From NCBI RefSeq assembly GCF_001194135.2, contig NC_068982.1, forward strand, positions 13,727,491-13,791,350: a stretch of DNA of 63,860 bases, in the 5' to 3' direction. Each line of letters starts with the position of its first letter. Within the stretch, counting starts at the first letter, position 1. Shown here in pieces: positions 24,077-36,894 of the stretch. Source of the stretch: Octopus bimaculoides (Eukaryota). The translations under genes were made by a program, and so were the position numbers. A model generated the notes under the pieces. That model did not search any database and was not told the DNA's origin. It saw nothing but the letters and a program-made list of their open reading frames with translations.

Positions 24077-25020
24077 NNNNNNNNNNNNNNNNNNNNNNNN
24101 NNNNNNNNNNNNNNNNNNNNNNNNNNNNNNNNNNNNNNNNNNNNNNNNNNNNNNNNNNNNNNNNNNNNNNNNNNNNNNNNNNNNNNNNNNNNNNNNNNNN
24201 NNNNNNNNNNNNNNNNNNNNNNNNNNNNNNNNNNNNNNNNNNNNNNNNNNNNNNNNNNNNNNNNNNNNNNNNNNNNNNNNNNNNNNNNNNNNNNNNNNNN
24301 NNNNNNNNNNNNNNNNNNNNNNNNNNNNNNNNNNNNNNNNNNNNNNNNNNNNNNNNNNNNNNNNNNNNNNNNNNNNNNNNNNNNNNNNNNNNNNNNNNNN
24401 NNNNNNNNNNNNNNNNNNNNNNNNNNNNNNNNNNNNNNNNNNNNNNNNNNNNNNNNNNNNNNNNNNNNNNNNNNNNNNNNNNNNNNNNNNNNNNNNNNNN
24501 NNNNNNNNNNNNNNNNNNNNNNNNNNNNNNNNNNNNNNNNNNNNNNNNNNNNNNNNNNNNNNNNNNNNNNNNNNNNNNNNNNNNNNNNNNNNNNNNNNNN
24601 NNNNNNNNNNNNNNNNNNNNNNNNNNNNNNNNNNNNNNNNNNNNNNNNNNNNNNNNNNNNNNNNNNNNNNNNNNNNNNNNNNNNNNNNNNNNNNNNNNNN
24701 NNNNNNNNNNNNNNNNNNNNNNNNNNNNNNNNNNNNNNNNNNNNNNNNNNNNNNNNNNNNNNNNNNNNNNNNNNNNNNNNNNNNNNNNNNNNNNNNNNNN
24801 NNNNNNNNNNNNNNNNNNNNNNNNNNNNNNNNNNNNNNNNNNNNNNNNNNNNNNNNNNNNNNNNNNNNNNNNNNNNNNNNNNNNNNNNNNNNNNNNNNNN
24901 NNNNNNNNNNNNNNNNNNNNNNNNNNNNNNNNNNNNNNNNNNNNNNNNNNNNNNNNNNNNNNNNNNNNNNNNNNNNNNNNNNNNNNNNNNNNNNNNNNNN
25001 NNNNNNNNNNNNNNNNNNNN

Positions 25021-25073
<53 letters not shown>

Positions 25074-25732
25074 TATATATAGATAGAGAGAGAGAGAGAG
25101 GGGGGCGGAAAGAGAGGACTTAACACAGGTCTGTAAAAGTTTAAAGAACAAACATTCAAATTTAAATAACTGGCTCTCAAATATTAGAATCTTTCTACTG
25201 AATTAACAATATCATCACTGTGACGAAAATAGATATAATGGCAGAATATACATGTGTTCCAGACCTATCATTTAACTGATGCAGTTTATCTGAGCCAAAA
25301 TCAGTTAGAATTTGGAAGAACTAGAAGAATTAGAAGGTAAGTTGCATATTATGATCAAATTTAACGAAAATCTAATACCAGGTCATTTTAAAGAGTTAAT
25401 GAGGTGATGTTCAATTTTTCTACATGCTACCATTAGCCGGGAAATTGATTATATTCCAAATGCATAAGAAATTGAACAAATTGAACAAATGTGTCATGTT
25501 ATGATGGTAATTTAACGAACATCAAATATCTATACAGATTTGGGATACTATGAACTATGCTTTCAATGATAGCTCCCCACAACAATTTAATATTTCACCA
25601 AGAATCCTTTGAAACAATCTGATATTGTATTCATTTAACATATGCCCTTTACACGAAAGCCTTTCTAATTCTTTCGATTCGACCAAATGTTTATGGTTTT
25701 CAAATAAAATGAACTGTTCTAGCTAAAATGTA

Positions 25733-26413
25733 CGAGGTGCATTCAAAAAGTATCCGACTTTATTTTTCCTGCCAAAATTAATGCCACGTGGGCAAAATCC
25801 TTTTAGATTAGAGGTGACGCCCCCCTTCCTGCGCATAAGTGAACATTTTCGTACCGGTAGGTCGTGTCAGTTCCTGGCTGTTACGTCTAGAGTACAATGT
25901 GTATGTAGTGCACGCTCGTCTGATTTCTGTTTTCACACATCGAGCAGAAATCATATACCCGAATCTTATCACCACAGATGATGGTCTTTATGAAGTTTGG
26001 GTCGTGGTTTCACCATCTAGCGTATCCTGAGCGATTTATATACGGATTTGCTTCTGTTGCTCTGCCAGCACCACCTTGGGGATGAATTTCGCCGACACTC
26101 TCTGCATGGGCAAACCCTCCATTAATGCACTGATCTTGTGCTTATTCCCACTTCGTGAGCAGTTTTCTAGGTTGTAACACGACGGTCTACCGAGACTCTT
26201 CACCGAACCCTCTCAAGTGAGTCCTCGTTTCGGTTTATGGATAGCCTGCTTAAGTGTACCTCGCTCTCCACTGAGGTACAGCCGTATTTGAATCGAAAAT
26301 ATCTACGCATGCGCAGGAAGAGTAGTGTCTCCACACACCCAAAGGATTTTGCCCATGCGGCTTTAGTTTTGGCGGTAAAACATGAGTCGGACAGACCTTT
26401 TGAATGTACCTCG
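25733..26413. mobile_element. Rearranged non-autonomous mariner (MITE-like) with ~115-bp TIRs and TA TSD
   Basis: ta|cgaggtgcattcaaaaag ... ccttttgaatgtacctcg|ta; internal minus-strand fragment FKYGCTSVESE...MQRVSAKFIPK...DPNFIKTIICGD. Confidence 0.9.
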
Positions 26414-26557
26414 TAGAAACAGGAAAATTTAATATTTTGATATTTACGCGAGATACACCTAAAATAATGGTAGAGTAGATATAACTTTTTATAATCTGAC
26501 GGATTATTCGAGGTATGCGTGCTGGTAGAGTAACTTTTCTTCTTTGCAGGCAGTAAC

Positions 26558-27540
26558 ATGACATCGATGAGTTCTTGACGAAGGAGTAGTACAGGTTGTT
26601 CAACAAGCACGGAAGGCAATACGTTGTTTCCAGAGATAACAACACTGACAAGAGTAATGTGCACGGGTGGATTAGAAAACTTCGAGGCGCAGTGAATAGA
26701 AACCATGAATTCAGAACCATCAACTACGACGACTAACTCGAATCGCCAGCGAGTGGCCGAAATGACTCATGTGTACAGAAGGGACTGCGGCTTGCAGAAC
26801 AACTAGACTGTAATCATAAGCATTACAGAAACAATTAGGGGTTCTGGCTATGGGAAAATGTGTACAATGTGGGTACATCGGCAAATACTGCCTGATTTGT
26901 GGACAGAAGCCTGATCTGTTGGAAATAGTTGAATCAACAATGAAGATAAGTTTTCGTTTCGATTTTGTGAGAGAAACGTGATCCGTGTCTTAATCATCTG
27001 GAAAGAAGACTCAGCCCATGGAATGGTGTCAGACCTCCCCTCTAAAACCTAAGCATTTCAAGACCCATCAATCAACACACAAAATCATGATGACTGTCTG
27101 GGGGATAACATTTGAGTCATTCAACTTGATTTACAGCGTAGTTGTATCTTGAACAATAGATGGTTGACTGAGACACTCAAAAAAGCTTAGCGAAGCTATT
27201 TGAAGGAAGAAACTGAACAAGACTGAAACCTATTCACATTCACCATGGCAATGTGTGACCACGCGCACATCTTTGGCAATAAATCAAGCAATCAGCAAAT
27301 TAGCTGTCAGTGGTAACCCATTTATCGTACAGTCCGGATCTGACGCCTTTCGACTCCCATCTGTTTAATTCAATGAAGAACAGTCTTCGGGAACAATAAT
27401 TTGATGGCATAGAAGTGATGAAAGAGGTTGTGAAGCAGTGAGTACGACTGTGCACACCTGGATTTCTTCAAAGCGGGCTTCAGAACTGGCTTTAATATTG
27501 GACGCAAATTCATTGCTTGTGATGGAAACTACATCGAGTA
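26558..27540 (+). pseudogene. mariner transposase pseudogene
   Basis: Catalytic-region motifs recognisable across several frameshifts and stops. Confidence 0.85.
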
Positions 27541-29500
27541 GATTCATTTTATTACTCTACCATCGTGCACAATTACAATTACGTATGTTAGTCAATAAAA
27601 TTGTTGTGCTAAATTTTCCATTACTTTTAGCATAACTCTCATTGTATTTTCGTCTCATTCATGACATTCAGACAGTGCAAATTCAGTAGTAACCCGCTAA
27701 TGTGTAAGAACAAGCTTGTGTGTGTGTGAGGTGGGGTTAATATTTATAATTACTAAGGACAGTGTTTCGCTTCCTGGCTAGAATGGACTATAAACCATAT
27801 CTAAAGATTTTTAGTCGAAAGTCTGTTACGATAAATCTAAACCTAACGACTGTGTACACGATGTTCGCAGGCAGACAAAGAAAAAAAGGAAATGCTGCAC
27901 ATTTGAGATTTGTCAGTAGCTGGAGATTATCAGTAGCTGTTCATCTTTCGTAACTATAACTTTAGCCACTAAATATCAGTAGATTTGCAAGCAGTGTAGC
28001 TGTGGACAGTTAAACAAGTTGCACAGCTGCTAACGAAATGGCAGAGTTGATACGTGCAGCATACACCACTGTTCCTTCCTTTTTCTGTCGACGAACTTAT
28101 TGTGTGTATAAATGCAATGTTGACAATCATCATAACGTATAGCATTGCCAAAAAAATTATAGATATGCTCACAATTATAAGGAAGAAAGGAAGCAAACAG
28201 TTAACACATTAGTAATTTAATATTCAAGATACCAGGAAGTGTTAAATATACAAATTGATTTATCCACTTTACTTAAACCGTTAATATCAGTGGGTTTATA
28301 AGCAGTGCATTGGTAAAGAGTTAATGAAGGTGCGTAGCTGCTGACGAAACTCTAAACAGAACTGAAATGTGCTGAACAGGCATTGGATATCTACAGAGCT
28401 TCAAGGCCTTCCGAAAAAGATAAAAATTAACAGTTCTTTTTTTAAATCAAAGAAATTCGCAGAAATTGCATCTGTAAAGTCGTTATGTATTCAACATGTA
28501 AACAGGAAAAATTTTCTTTGGATAAACTTGTTCTGATAACGACCTTTTGAAAGTAGATCGTTCCTTGAATTTAACAGGTTGTGTATATATTACTAACTCC
28601 AGAAACTGTAGAATATGGTTTGGTAAATTAAACCACTTAATACGGTAATTTAAAATTTATGGTACTTTAATCATTTAGTCGCCATAGTGTTATGAGAGAG
28701 ATATGAGGTTTCTTTTCTTGAGCAGCACTATACACCATCCTTTAATGCAATATAAAACAAAACAAAAAAGTATGAGCGCAATATTATTTGCTCTGTATTT
28801 TGGAAAAATCTAAGCGAAGTAAAATTTGCCAAACATGTTTGCGTAAATTTGACGTGTTAAAGTGAAGGATATTGCAATTTGAATAAATTATTTGTTCGAA
28901 ATGCTGCAAAACTTCATCCACACACTGGTAAAAGCATTTTAGGAGAAAAACGTGTTTTATTTGATCTTTAAAGGGCAGTATTTGAGGAAAAACAAAAGAA
29001 TACAACGCGTAGAAATTGAATGAAGGTAGGTGATAAGATTGCTTTGAATACTTCTTTATAATAAAAAGTTTTGAAATATTTATAAATATCAACAAGTGTA
29101 CGTGAAGGTTTCTTTTAAATGAAAGAGTCAAAGAAATCTCCTTCAATACTTAAATCAAAAATTGTATGTAAATTGTTCTTGTTATCACACCGAGGGATAG
29201 ATTAAGTCATGCCTTTTCTTCAGAAAAATGGTAATTTACATTCATGTGGATATAAAAAAAAACCAAATTGCTATTCTTTGTGAGGTGGGCCACAACGTAT
29301 TCCAGACCCCACAAACTACTGAAAAGAAAGAAGTTCTAGCTTCTCTACCTACTACGAAGGGAATATGTTCACACTGTCAGAATATTGTTTTTTTTTTACA
29401 GTAAAGAAAGGATTTGTCGGGCTTAAAACTATTACACGTACGGATGAAAGTAGACTGAAATTCTTAGCTCTTCAAGAAAGAAAGAAAAGCCTACAGCAAC

Positions 29501-29991
29501 TACCGTAAATCCTCGAGTATAATCCGCATTTTTTTCCAAAAATTTAAAGGTCAAAATCCCTAGTGCGTACTATATACGAAGTTATAAATGAAAAATATTT
29601 TCTAAGCAATGTCCGAGTCTCTATTTGCTATCCGGCAATGTTTATTCAGACGCATTTTGTGATGTCGAGCTTGTAACTGATAGCGATAAATATGTAAAGG
29701 CAATTTACTTAATATTTATTTTTCACTGACGTTATTATTGTTATTTCTTTATTTTCTACAAAGTGCACAAAAAAGCTACACGTTTGCATTATATCATATA
29801 TACAATAATAATAAAGGACGTTACTGTATATATATGTTTACAAACCAAGGACGTTATATAGACCTTATTGACTCAAGTTAGAGAAGGGGTGCGTATTATA
29901 GACAAGGTTTAGGTTTTTTTCGAAGTACAGCCCCCTAAAAATCCCCTGCGTATTATACTCAAGGGCGGACTATACTCGAAGATTTACGGTA
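29501..29991 (+). mobile_element. Tc2-like MITE, longer copy
   Basis: ta|ccgtaaatcctcgagtataatccgc ... gcggactatactcgaagatttacgg|ta. Confidence 0.9.
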
Positions 29992-30004
29992 TCAAGGAAG
30001 TCTA

Positions 30005-30365
30005 GGGCTGCAAGCAGCAAAACTGCTTCCAGAAGGATTATCACAAAAAGTTATTAAGCAGGAAGGGATAACTCAGAATGTTATCTATGCAGAGCGGGTG
30101 GGATATTCTACTCTGGCTGCATTTCAAAGACTGTGAATCAGGGTGGGGGGGGGACTAAAGTATGGGATATATTTTCACCTGCAGGTGTTAGAAAGCATGT
30201 GAGATATGAACATTCAATTACGGCTTTTCAATGCATAAAGAATTACAAAACCAGTTATTTCCCAGACTGTAAAAGTTATTTCTTGGAGTAAAAGACAACA
30301 AAGAAATCCTTTTTTCAACACGACAATGCTCCTGTCAATACAACAAAGGCAACAAAATAAAAAAA
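30005..30365 (+). mobile_element. Tc1-type transposase remnant
   Basis: QGGGG-KVWDIFSPAGV and FQHDNAPVNTTKATK motifs in + frames. Confidence 0.6.
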
Positions 30366-32039
30366 TAAAGCGAAGGCACATGATATTCCGCAAAGATTTA
30401 TGGAGGTATTTCTGTATGTTGGTTTGTACTTATAGATTTTTAAATAGACAACGAAATATTACAAAAACTGATTGAAAATTAAGTTGGCTACGTTTTGGGC
30501 CTAGGACTACATATATGTATGCATGCGCATTCATACCTTTCTCTGTGTGTGTGTGTGTGTTTGTATGCGTGTGTGTATATTTTACATACTCTGTGTATAG
30601 TGCTCTCAAACCCACGCACCTGACGACGTGCAAGTACACAGCTGTTGGCTGATCATGTTTATATAATATTTAAAACATGTATAATATGGAAATCTCAGCA
30701 GTTAACAGCTGACGCTAATGCACGGAAACAATTGTTGTAACTTGGATTAAGCTCATTAATTCAATCTTCTTCTTCTGTTATAAAATTATCCATCCATACA
30801 TCCACCCATACATACATACATAATTTATAAGGAAATAATTGACAGTGACAAGGAAGCTTCGTTCTTGATGGACTTGTCAGACTCTGAGTTTTGTATTCTT
30901 AAGTATTGATTATATACTTGGCTCCATCATATGTGTGGAGTATAATCAGCGCCATATAAACGTGGTCTGTAACGTATAGATGTGTTTGAACTAAAGAAAA
31001 ATTGGATCGAGAAGTATATAGTATTGTTAAGAATTAGTTATACTTTTTAATCAAATTTTTATTTAATTCAGAGCTGCTTCTCATGGTTTAGAATGTATAA
31101 ATAATTCTTAAGAATGCCAGCATACATACATATATATACATATATAACATATGATATATGTGCGTATACGCGGTGTTGATATGTGTGAATATATATCTAT
31201 ACGTCTACATGGGTTTGTACGTGTGTGTGTGAGTGCATATATGTGTGTGTGAATCTATGTATGCTTACATGTGTTTGTATGTGTAGTATATTTATATGCA
31301 TATAATGCGTGTATGTTTAATTGAGAAAGTGATAGACAGACAGATAGATAGATAACGGCAATTTGTGTACACTCGTTTCACTTCTTTGAAGTAGTTCCAA
31401 GCAGTAAAATAAAAGCCGTCCACCTGTCTAATATATACCTATTTTCATGTCAATCACTCAGGGAAAAAGAAACAGAAATCATAAAAGTGGGAAGAACTGA
31501 TTGTGTAAAGGTGTGACGTATTTTTTTACTGAACAGAGATCTTCTTTGGCTTTGAGGCTATAAAATGGTTTGTTTTTAGTGGTTCTCTGATGTTTTTTAA
31601 TGCAATACAATGTCATTTCATTTACTTTCATTGGCATGTGATTGTTTTTTGGAATGTATTTTAGAAATAGGTTTTATTGTGACGAATTGAGTTTACTCTC
31701 TTACTGTGGCAGGTATTGGTTTTTGAAACGTGTTATAGATGTAGAGTTTATTGAAATGGATACGTCCAATCGGAAATACGCTATCATCTATAAATGTGGA
31801 TTTGGATGTGAATTTAATTGAAAAGGATTATGATGATTCGAAAAGGTGTTGACCTCTTAGTTTCATGTTTTGGCATATTAATTTTATTGAAAGATTATTT
31901 TAAAATGTAAAATGTATAACTACTGGAGTACTGGAAGCGAAAAATGTTAAATTATGTTTAAATGTTTAAAAGTTTTATTAATCGGTAAGAGGTGTTCAAG
32001 TTCCAAAGTTTTGAATATCTTTGAGATCATTCTTTATTA

Positions 32040-32419
32040 TTTTACCTTTTTTCAGTTATTAGACTCCGGCCATATTGGAGCACTGCCTTGAGGAACTGTA
32101 GTCGAACTATTCGACCCCGCTATTTCTTTCCTTTTTAAGCTTGGTACTTATTCTATCGGACGTAAATATACCAACACCGGTTGTCAAGCAATGGTGAGGA
32201 ACAAACACAGACACTAAGACAGATACACGTGTGTGTGTGTATGTATGTATGTATACGACAGTCTTCTTTCAGTTTTTATATACCAAATGTGCTCACAAGT
32301 CTTTGATCGGCCCGAAGCTGTAGTAGAAGACACTTGCTCAAGGTGCCACGCAATGGGACTGAACCTAGAACCATGTGGTTGGGAAGCAAGCTTCTCACCA
32401 CACAGCCACGCCTGCGTCT
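32040..32419 (-). mobile_element. SINE A
   Basis: Family A sequence with an internal deletion. Confidence 0.85.
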
Positions 32420-32693
32420 ATGTAGAGATTTTTCCAAATGTTTATTCGATAGGTGATTTCTTAATAAATAAATTTCGTGAGCCTCAGATGTGCATAAATT
32501 GCACGGCTTCATGTTTTCATTTGTATTGTACACATTCTGATTTGAATTATATATTATTGTATTTTCCATATAAATGATGAAAGGGACGCATCGTTATTAG
32601 GTTTTATATTTCGAAATATGAAACAAATTTCATCAAAAACAAATTTAGTACGCGATTAATTGTAAAGAGGCAGGCAATCAGACAGACAAAAAG

Positions 32694-32726
<33 letters not shown>

Positions 32727-32756
32727 TGTGTGTGACTGTGTGCATAATTATTTTAT

Positions 32757-32885
32757 GTCTGTTTTCCATGCTGGCATGAGTTAGATAGGTTATCATGGAC
32801 CTAATGAATTCTTACAAAAAGTTACTGCCACTCCAGACGTGTCACAGTACAAGCCTTGCTGGATACCCTTTCTAGCACCAATACC
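32757..32885 (-). mobile_element. Family C degenerate 3' fragment
   Basis: tttccatgctggcatgagttag...gctggataccctttcta. Confidence 0.55.
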
Positions 32886-33244
32886 ATTACAGAATATACA
32901 AAGTAAATTTTATCGTTGCTCCACCACAAGAGATTCTGTTTCTTTGGTGCAATTAAAGGATCTTTTTAATTCTATATCATTGTTGCTCACTCATCATCCA
33001 CATTACAGAACGAATTGAATATATATTATCGTGGCACCAAGTCTAGTGACGTTTTCTTTGCCATGCAGGCCTAAACATCTTTCACTGCTTTGGGTTATTT
33101 TCTTTTTTCTTTTGAAACTTTCTCATCTCTAGATTATAAATATTGTTGTATCCTTCTTTCAACCTCTTACGCTATCATATTCCTTTCTTTCTCCGTTACA
33201 CACGAGTCTCCTCTTTTCCTTTCCGTCTGATACTTCACGCTTCA

Positions 33245-34072
33245 TTTCCCTCTCAAATAAACAATTCTTGTTTACAACTTCTTCCCAACGTTCAACAAAA
33301 TTTTCAAAACCTTGTTGGTATAAATCACCCGATTTCAACTCAAAAAATTGATCCAACCAAGCTCTCAATTCTGCATCAGTATTGAACGAAACTCCATGCA
33401 TAGCATTTGAATGAGATTGAAAGAGGTGGAAATCTGTTGGTGCCAAATGAGGAGAGTATGATGGGTGGGGCAGCACTTTCCAGCTATGCATTTGAATGGC
33501 TTCCTTGGTCATATTGGCAATATGAGTGCGGGCGTTGTCGTGCAGCAGAAGAACTCCATGCTGACGATTAGGTCTTTTCTGTTGGATAGCCGTTCCAATC
33601 CCACCATATGCACAACACCATTTTACGCAGATGAAGATCTTGTTTCACACACGGTGTCGCTTGTTTACTGGAGCTAAGCCATTCCTTACGTTACTTCGTA
33701 TTGATGTACAGGCACCATTTTTCGTCACCAGTAATGATTCGGTAAAGAAATCGTTGCTTGTTTCCATGAGTTGAGCAGTGATGAGCAAGCAAACCAGCGG
33801 AGATTGTGGCTCGTTGATTTTTGTTGTTGTCATTTAAAGCATGCGGAACCCATGCTCCATACTTCTGAACCTTTCCCATCGAGTGAAGATGCTTCTCTAT
33901 AGCAGTATGGAAGCATTCCATTTTCTCTGCCAATTCCTTTGTCGCTTGACGAGAATTTTCGTGCAAAAGTTGGTTTAGTCGCCCTTCATCAAACTGAACT
34001 GGACGACCAGAACGAGGTGCGTCTTTGAGGTCAAAATTTCCATTTTTTAACTTGGCATACCAATCACGAGTG
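33245..34072 (-). pseudogene. mariner transposase pseudogene (5' end lost in gap)
   Basis: WYAKLKNGNFDLKDAPRSGRP, WVPHAL, IITGDEKWCLY, HPSYSPHLAPTDFHLF and ERWEEVV in ORFs 33691..34536 and 33159..33512. Confidence 0.92.
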
Positions 34073-35124
34073 NNNNNNNNNNNNNNNNNNNNNNNNNNNN
34101 NNNNNNNNNNNNNNNNNNNNNNNNNNNNNNNNNNNNNNNNNNNNNNNNNNNNNNNNNNNNNNNNNNNNNNNNNNNNNNNNNNNNNNNNNNNNNNNNNNNN
34201 NNNNNNNNNNNNNNNNNNNNNNNNNNNNNNNNNNNNNNNNNNNNNNNNNNNNNNNNNNNNNNNNNNNNNNNNNNNNNNNNNNNNNNNNNNNNNNNNNNNN
34301 NNNNNNNNNNNNNNNNNNNNNNNNNNNNNNNNNNNNNNNNNNNNNNNNNNNNNNNNNNNNNNNNNNNNNNNNNNNNNNNNNNNNNNNNNNNNNNNNNNNN
34401 NNNNNNNNNNNNNNNNNNNNNNNNNNNNNNNNNNNNNNNNNNNNNNNNNNNNNNNNNNNNNNNNNNNNNNNNNNNNNNNNNNNNNNNNNNNNNNNNNNNN
34501 TATATATATATGTGGGGACCAAGACGGTACCCGCACAGGTGATTCCCAGGAGTGCCTCCGGATTTAAACATCCCCTGGTTGCTTGGATGCTTGAGACTAC
34601 CCCTGAAGGATTGAGGCAAACCTACCACTTACCTATATATATATATATATATATATATGTATAGGTAGATAGATAGATAGATAGATATGATGCACTACGC
34701 ACCATTGGTTTCATAATCTGAAATGTTTAATAAGGGATATCTAATGATAAACAATACAAATTTTAGCTTAGCTTCTGCTGTGGTGTGCAATATAATACAT
34801 CTGGACAGTTGTAAGCAAATGTTTATCAATGATCTACAATGTTTACCAAACTTAGAGACATGTTATTACTTCGAAACCTTCTGACATGTATGGTTGACCA
34901 ACCACATTAAACTGTGGTTCAGGTTATATAATCACTATTTATCTCAAATATATTACATATATTAACATATATTAATATATATAACACTTTATTCACTTCT
35001 AACATGAACTTGATATATCTTTACGCAATAGTTTTTGGTTTCTCAATACTTTAAAGGGAAGCAAAGATAATGTAATTTATCATTTGTGCCAAGATATACA
35101 CACGACATAGAACAGAAAAGTACT

Positions 35125-35345
35125 AATATTGGTTTCAAATTTTCGCACAAGGCCAGCAGTTTTGGGGCAGGGTCTAAGTTAATTGTATCAATTTCAATGC
35201 TCAACTGGTACTTAATTTATTAACCCCCGAGAGGATGAAAAGCAAAGTCGACTTCAGTGGAATTTGAACTCAGGACATAAAGATGGATAAAATGCTGCTA
35301 AGCATTTTGACCAGTGCAATAACAATTCCGCCAGCTCAATGGCTT
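35125..35345 (-). mobile_element. SINE B (tail 2)
   Basis: ggtttcaaattttcgcacaaggccagc...gaatttgaactc. Confidence 0.85.
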
Positions 35346-35361
35346 AGAAAATACTAATCGC

Positions 35362-35622
35362 CATCATCAACATCATCATCATCATCATCGTTTAACGTCC
35401 GCTTTCCATGCTGGCATCGGTTGGACGGTTTGACTGAACACTGGTGAGCCAGAAGGCTGCACCAGGCTTCAATCTAATCTGGCAAAGTTTCTACAACTGG
35501 ATGCCTTTCCTAATGCCAACCACTCCGAGAGTATAGTGGGTGCCTTTTACGTGTCACTGGCACGGGAGCCAATCAGGTGGAACTGGCATCGACCACATAC
35601 AGATGGTGCTTTTTGCATGCAC
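35362..35622 (-). mobile_element. Family C
   Basis: (CAT)n tcgtttaacgtccgctttccatgc...tggatgcctttcctaatgccaacc. Confidence 0.85.
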
Positions 35623-35679
35623 CGTGTTTCAATTGCTTACCAAATTTCAACAGTAGAAGAAAAGTCACATACATAACAG

Positions 35680-35770
35680 TGCTACTGCTGCTGCTCTACT
35701 AATGGTGGTGGTGGTGGTGGTGGTGGTGGTGGCGCTGCTGTTGCTGCTAGTAGTAGTAGTAGTAGTAGCT

Positions 35771-35808
<38 letters not shown>

Positions 35809-35840
35809 GGTGGTGGTGGTAGTAGTAGTAGTAGTAACAG
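35680..35840. repeat. Compound (GGT)/(AGT)n microsatellite
   Basis: Visible in sequence. Confidence 0.9.
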
Positions 35841-36894
35841 CAACTTTATACAGTAACATATAGTTTTTATAAACAAAATACAAATGATTCAATATTGACT
35901 TCTTTATTTGAAAGTGAAGTATTCACACTCACACACATACACACATGAACACTCACATCAAACAGTAATTTCTTTCATACAACAGATACACCTAGTGAAA
36001 GTGAATAATTAATTCATTAATAAATAATTAGACTCTTGTAATGCTAATAATGATTATCAAAATTAAATAACATAGTATATAGCCATGTATGAAAAGCCTA
36101 CAATTAGACAGCAAAATGTCTAACAGTTGGCAAACTTTAGATTTCATTATATTAATTCTATTGATTACAGTTACAATACAATAGCCGTTAGAGTTATTAG
36201 TAAACACTGCTTAATTCTTGGCTTATGATATCGCTAAATATTTTACATCTTTACATGGATTTGTGTGTGTGAAGACGTGTGTTGGTAGTTGGAGTAATTA
36301 GTGAAATAAGTTAGTTATTGAAATAAAATATTTCTTGTTCTTTCAATCATTTGTAAATTGGTAAATTGTGGATTTGGACAGTATTGTTTCCGTTACTTTG
36401 TCATTGGTTTTGGTGGTGTTGTTGTTTTTGTTTAACTTCAGGTCAGCCCCTATAATTGAGGGCACTCCAGTTGTAGCCAATCTGTCTTATTTTTATATTT
36501 ATATATATTTTCTTCAAGTACGTTGCATCTAAGATCACATGTTGCAACATATTATTTCTATTTTTTAAGGTGCGATATGAGAGATATACAGCTGCTATTT
36601 CTAGTATATCTAGTAACTATATAGACCAGAGATTCTCAACCAAGCTCCATGCAATCCCTGGGAGTACACATATAGGTTTTGGGTGTTCACACAAGCAAAA
36701 TAGTAAATTTCTGTGTTCCTTTCTGTTGAAGAACATAGGCTCGAAATGTAAAAGACTTTCTAACTTCTCAAGAGTTAAACTAATACATCAGTCTTCGTCT
36801 TTTGTTTTTTGTAAATTCTCACTATATACTGTCTCCTTTTATAGCATTTTATTTACATTCCTTCAATATTATATAGCTCTAATACATCACAAAT

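Larger units (their letters stand above)
25705..27646 (+). mobile_element. Near-full-length decayed mariner (D,D34D), left TIR split by a MITE
   Basis: Transposase remnant 26558-27540 with LGYGKMCTMWVHR, KIMMTVW, HHGN, YSPDLTPFDSHLF and DGNYIE* motifs; right TIR ttccattacttttagcataactctcattgta. Confidence 0.85.

Noticed and set aside
23938-25180. Long ORFs (350-380 aa) in the ORF track here and at 33691-34628, 44976-45558 and 56591-57407
   Set aside because: They are N-gaps translated as X plus (TA)n; only the mariner portion of 33691..34536 is real coding remnant.
28300-28345. Known miRNA identity for the hairpins (miR-33, miR-15 or miR-1992 seed-like words here and at 30695 and 51790)
   Set aside because: Only 6-8-nt matches, not at a defensible arm position, and the rest of each mature sequence does not match.
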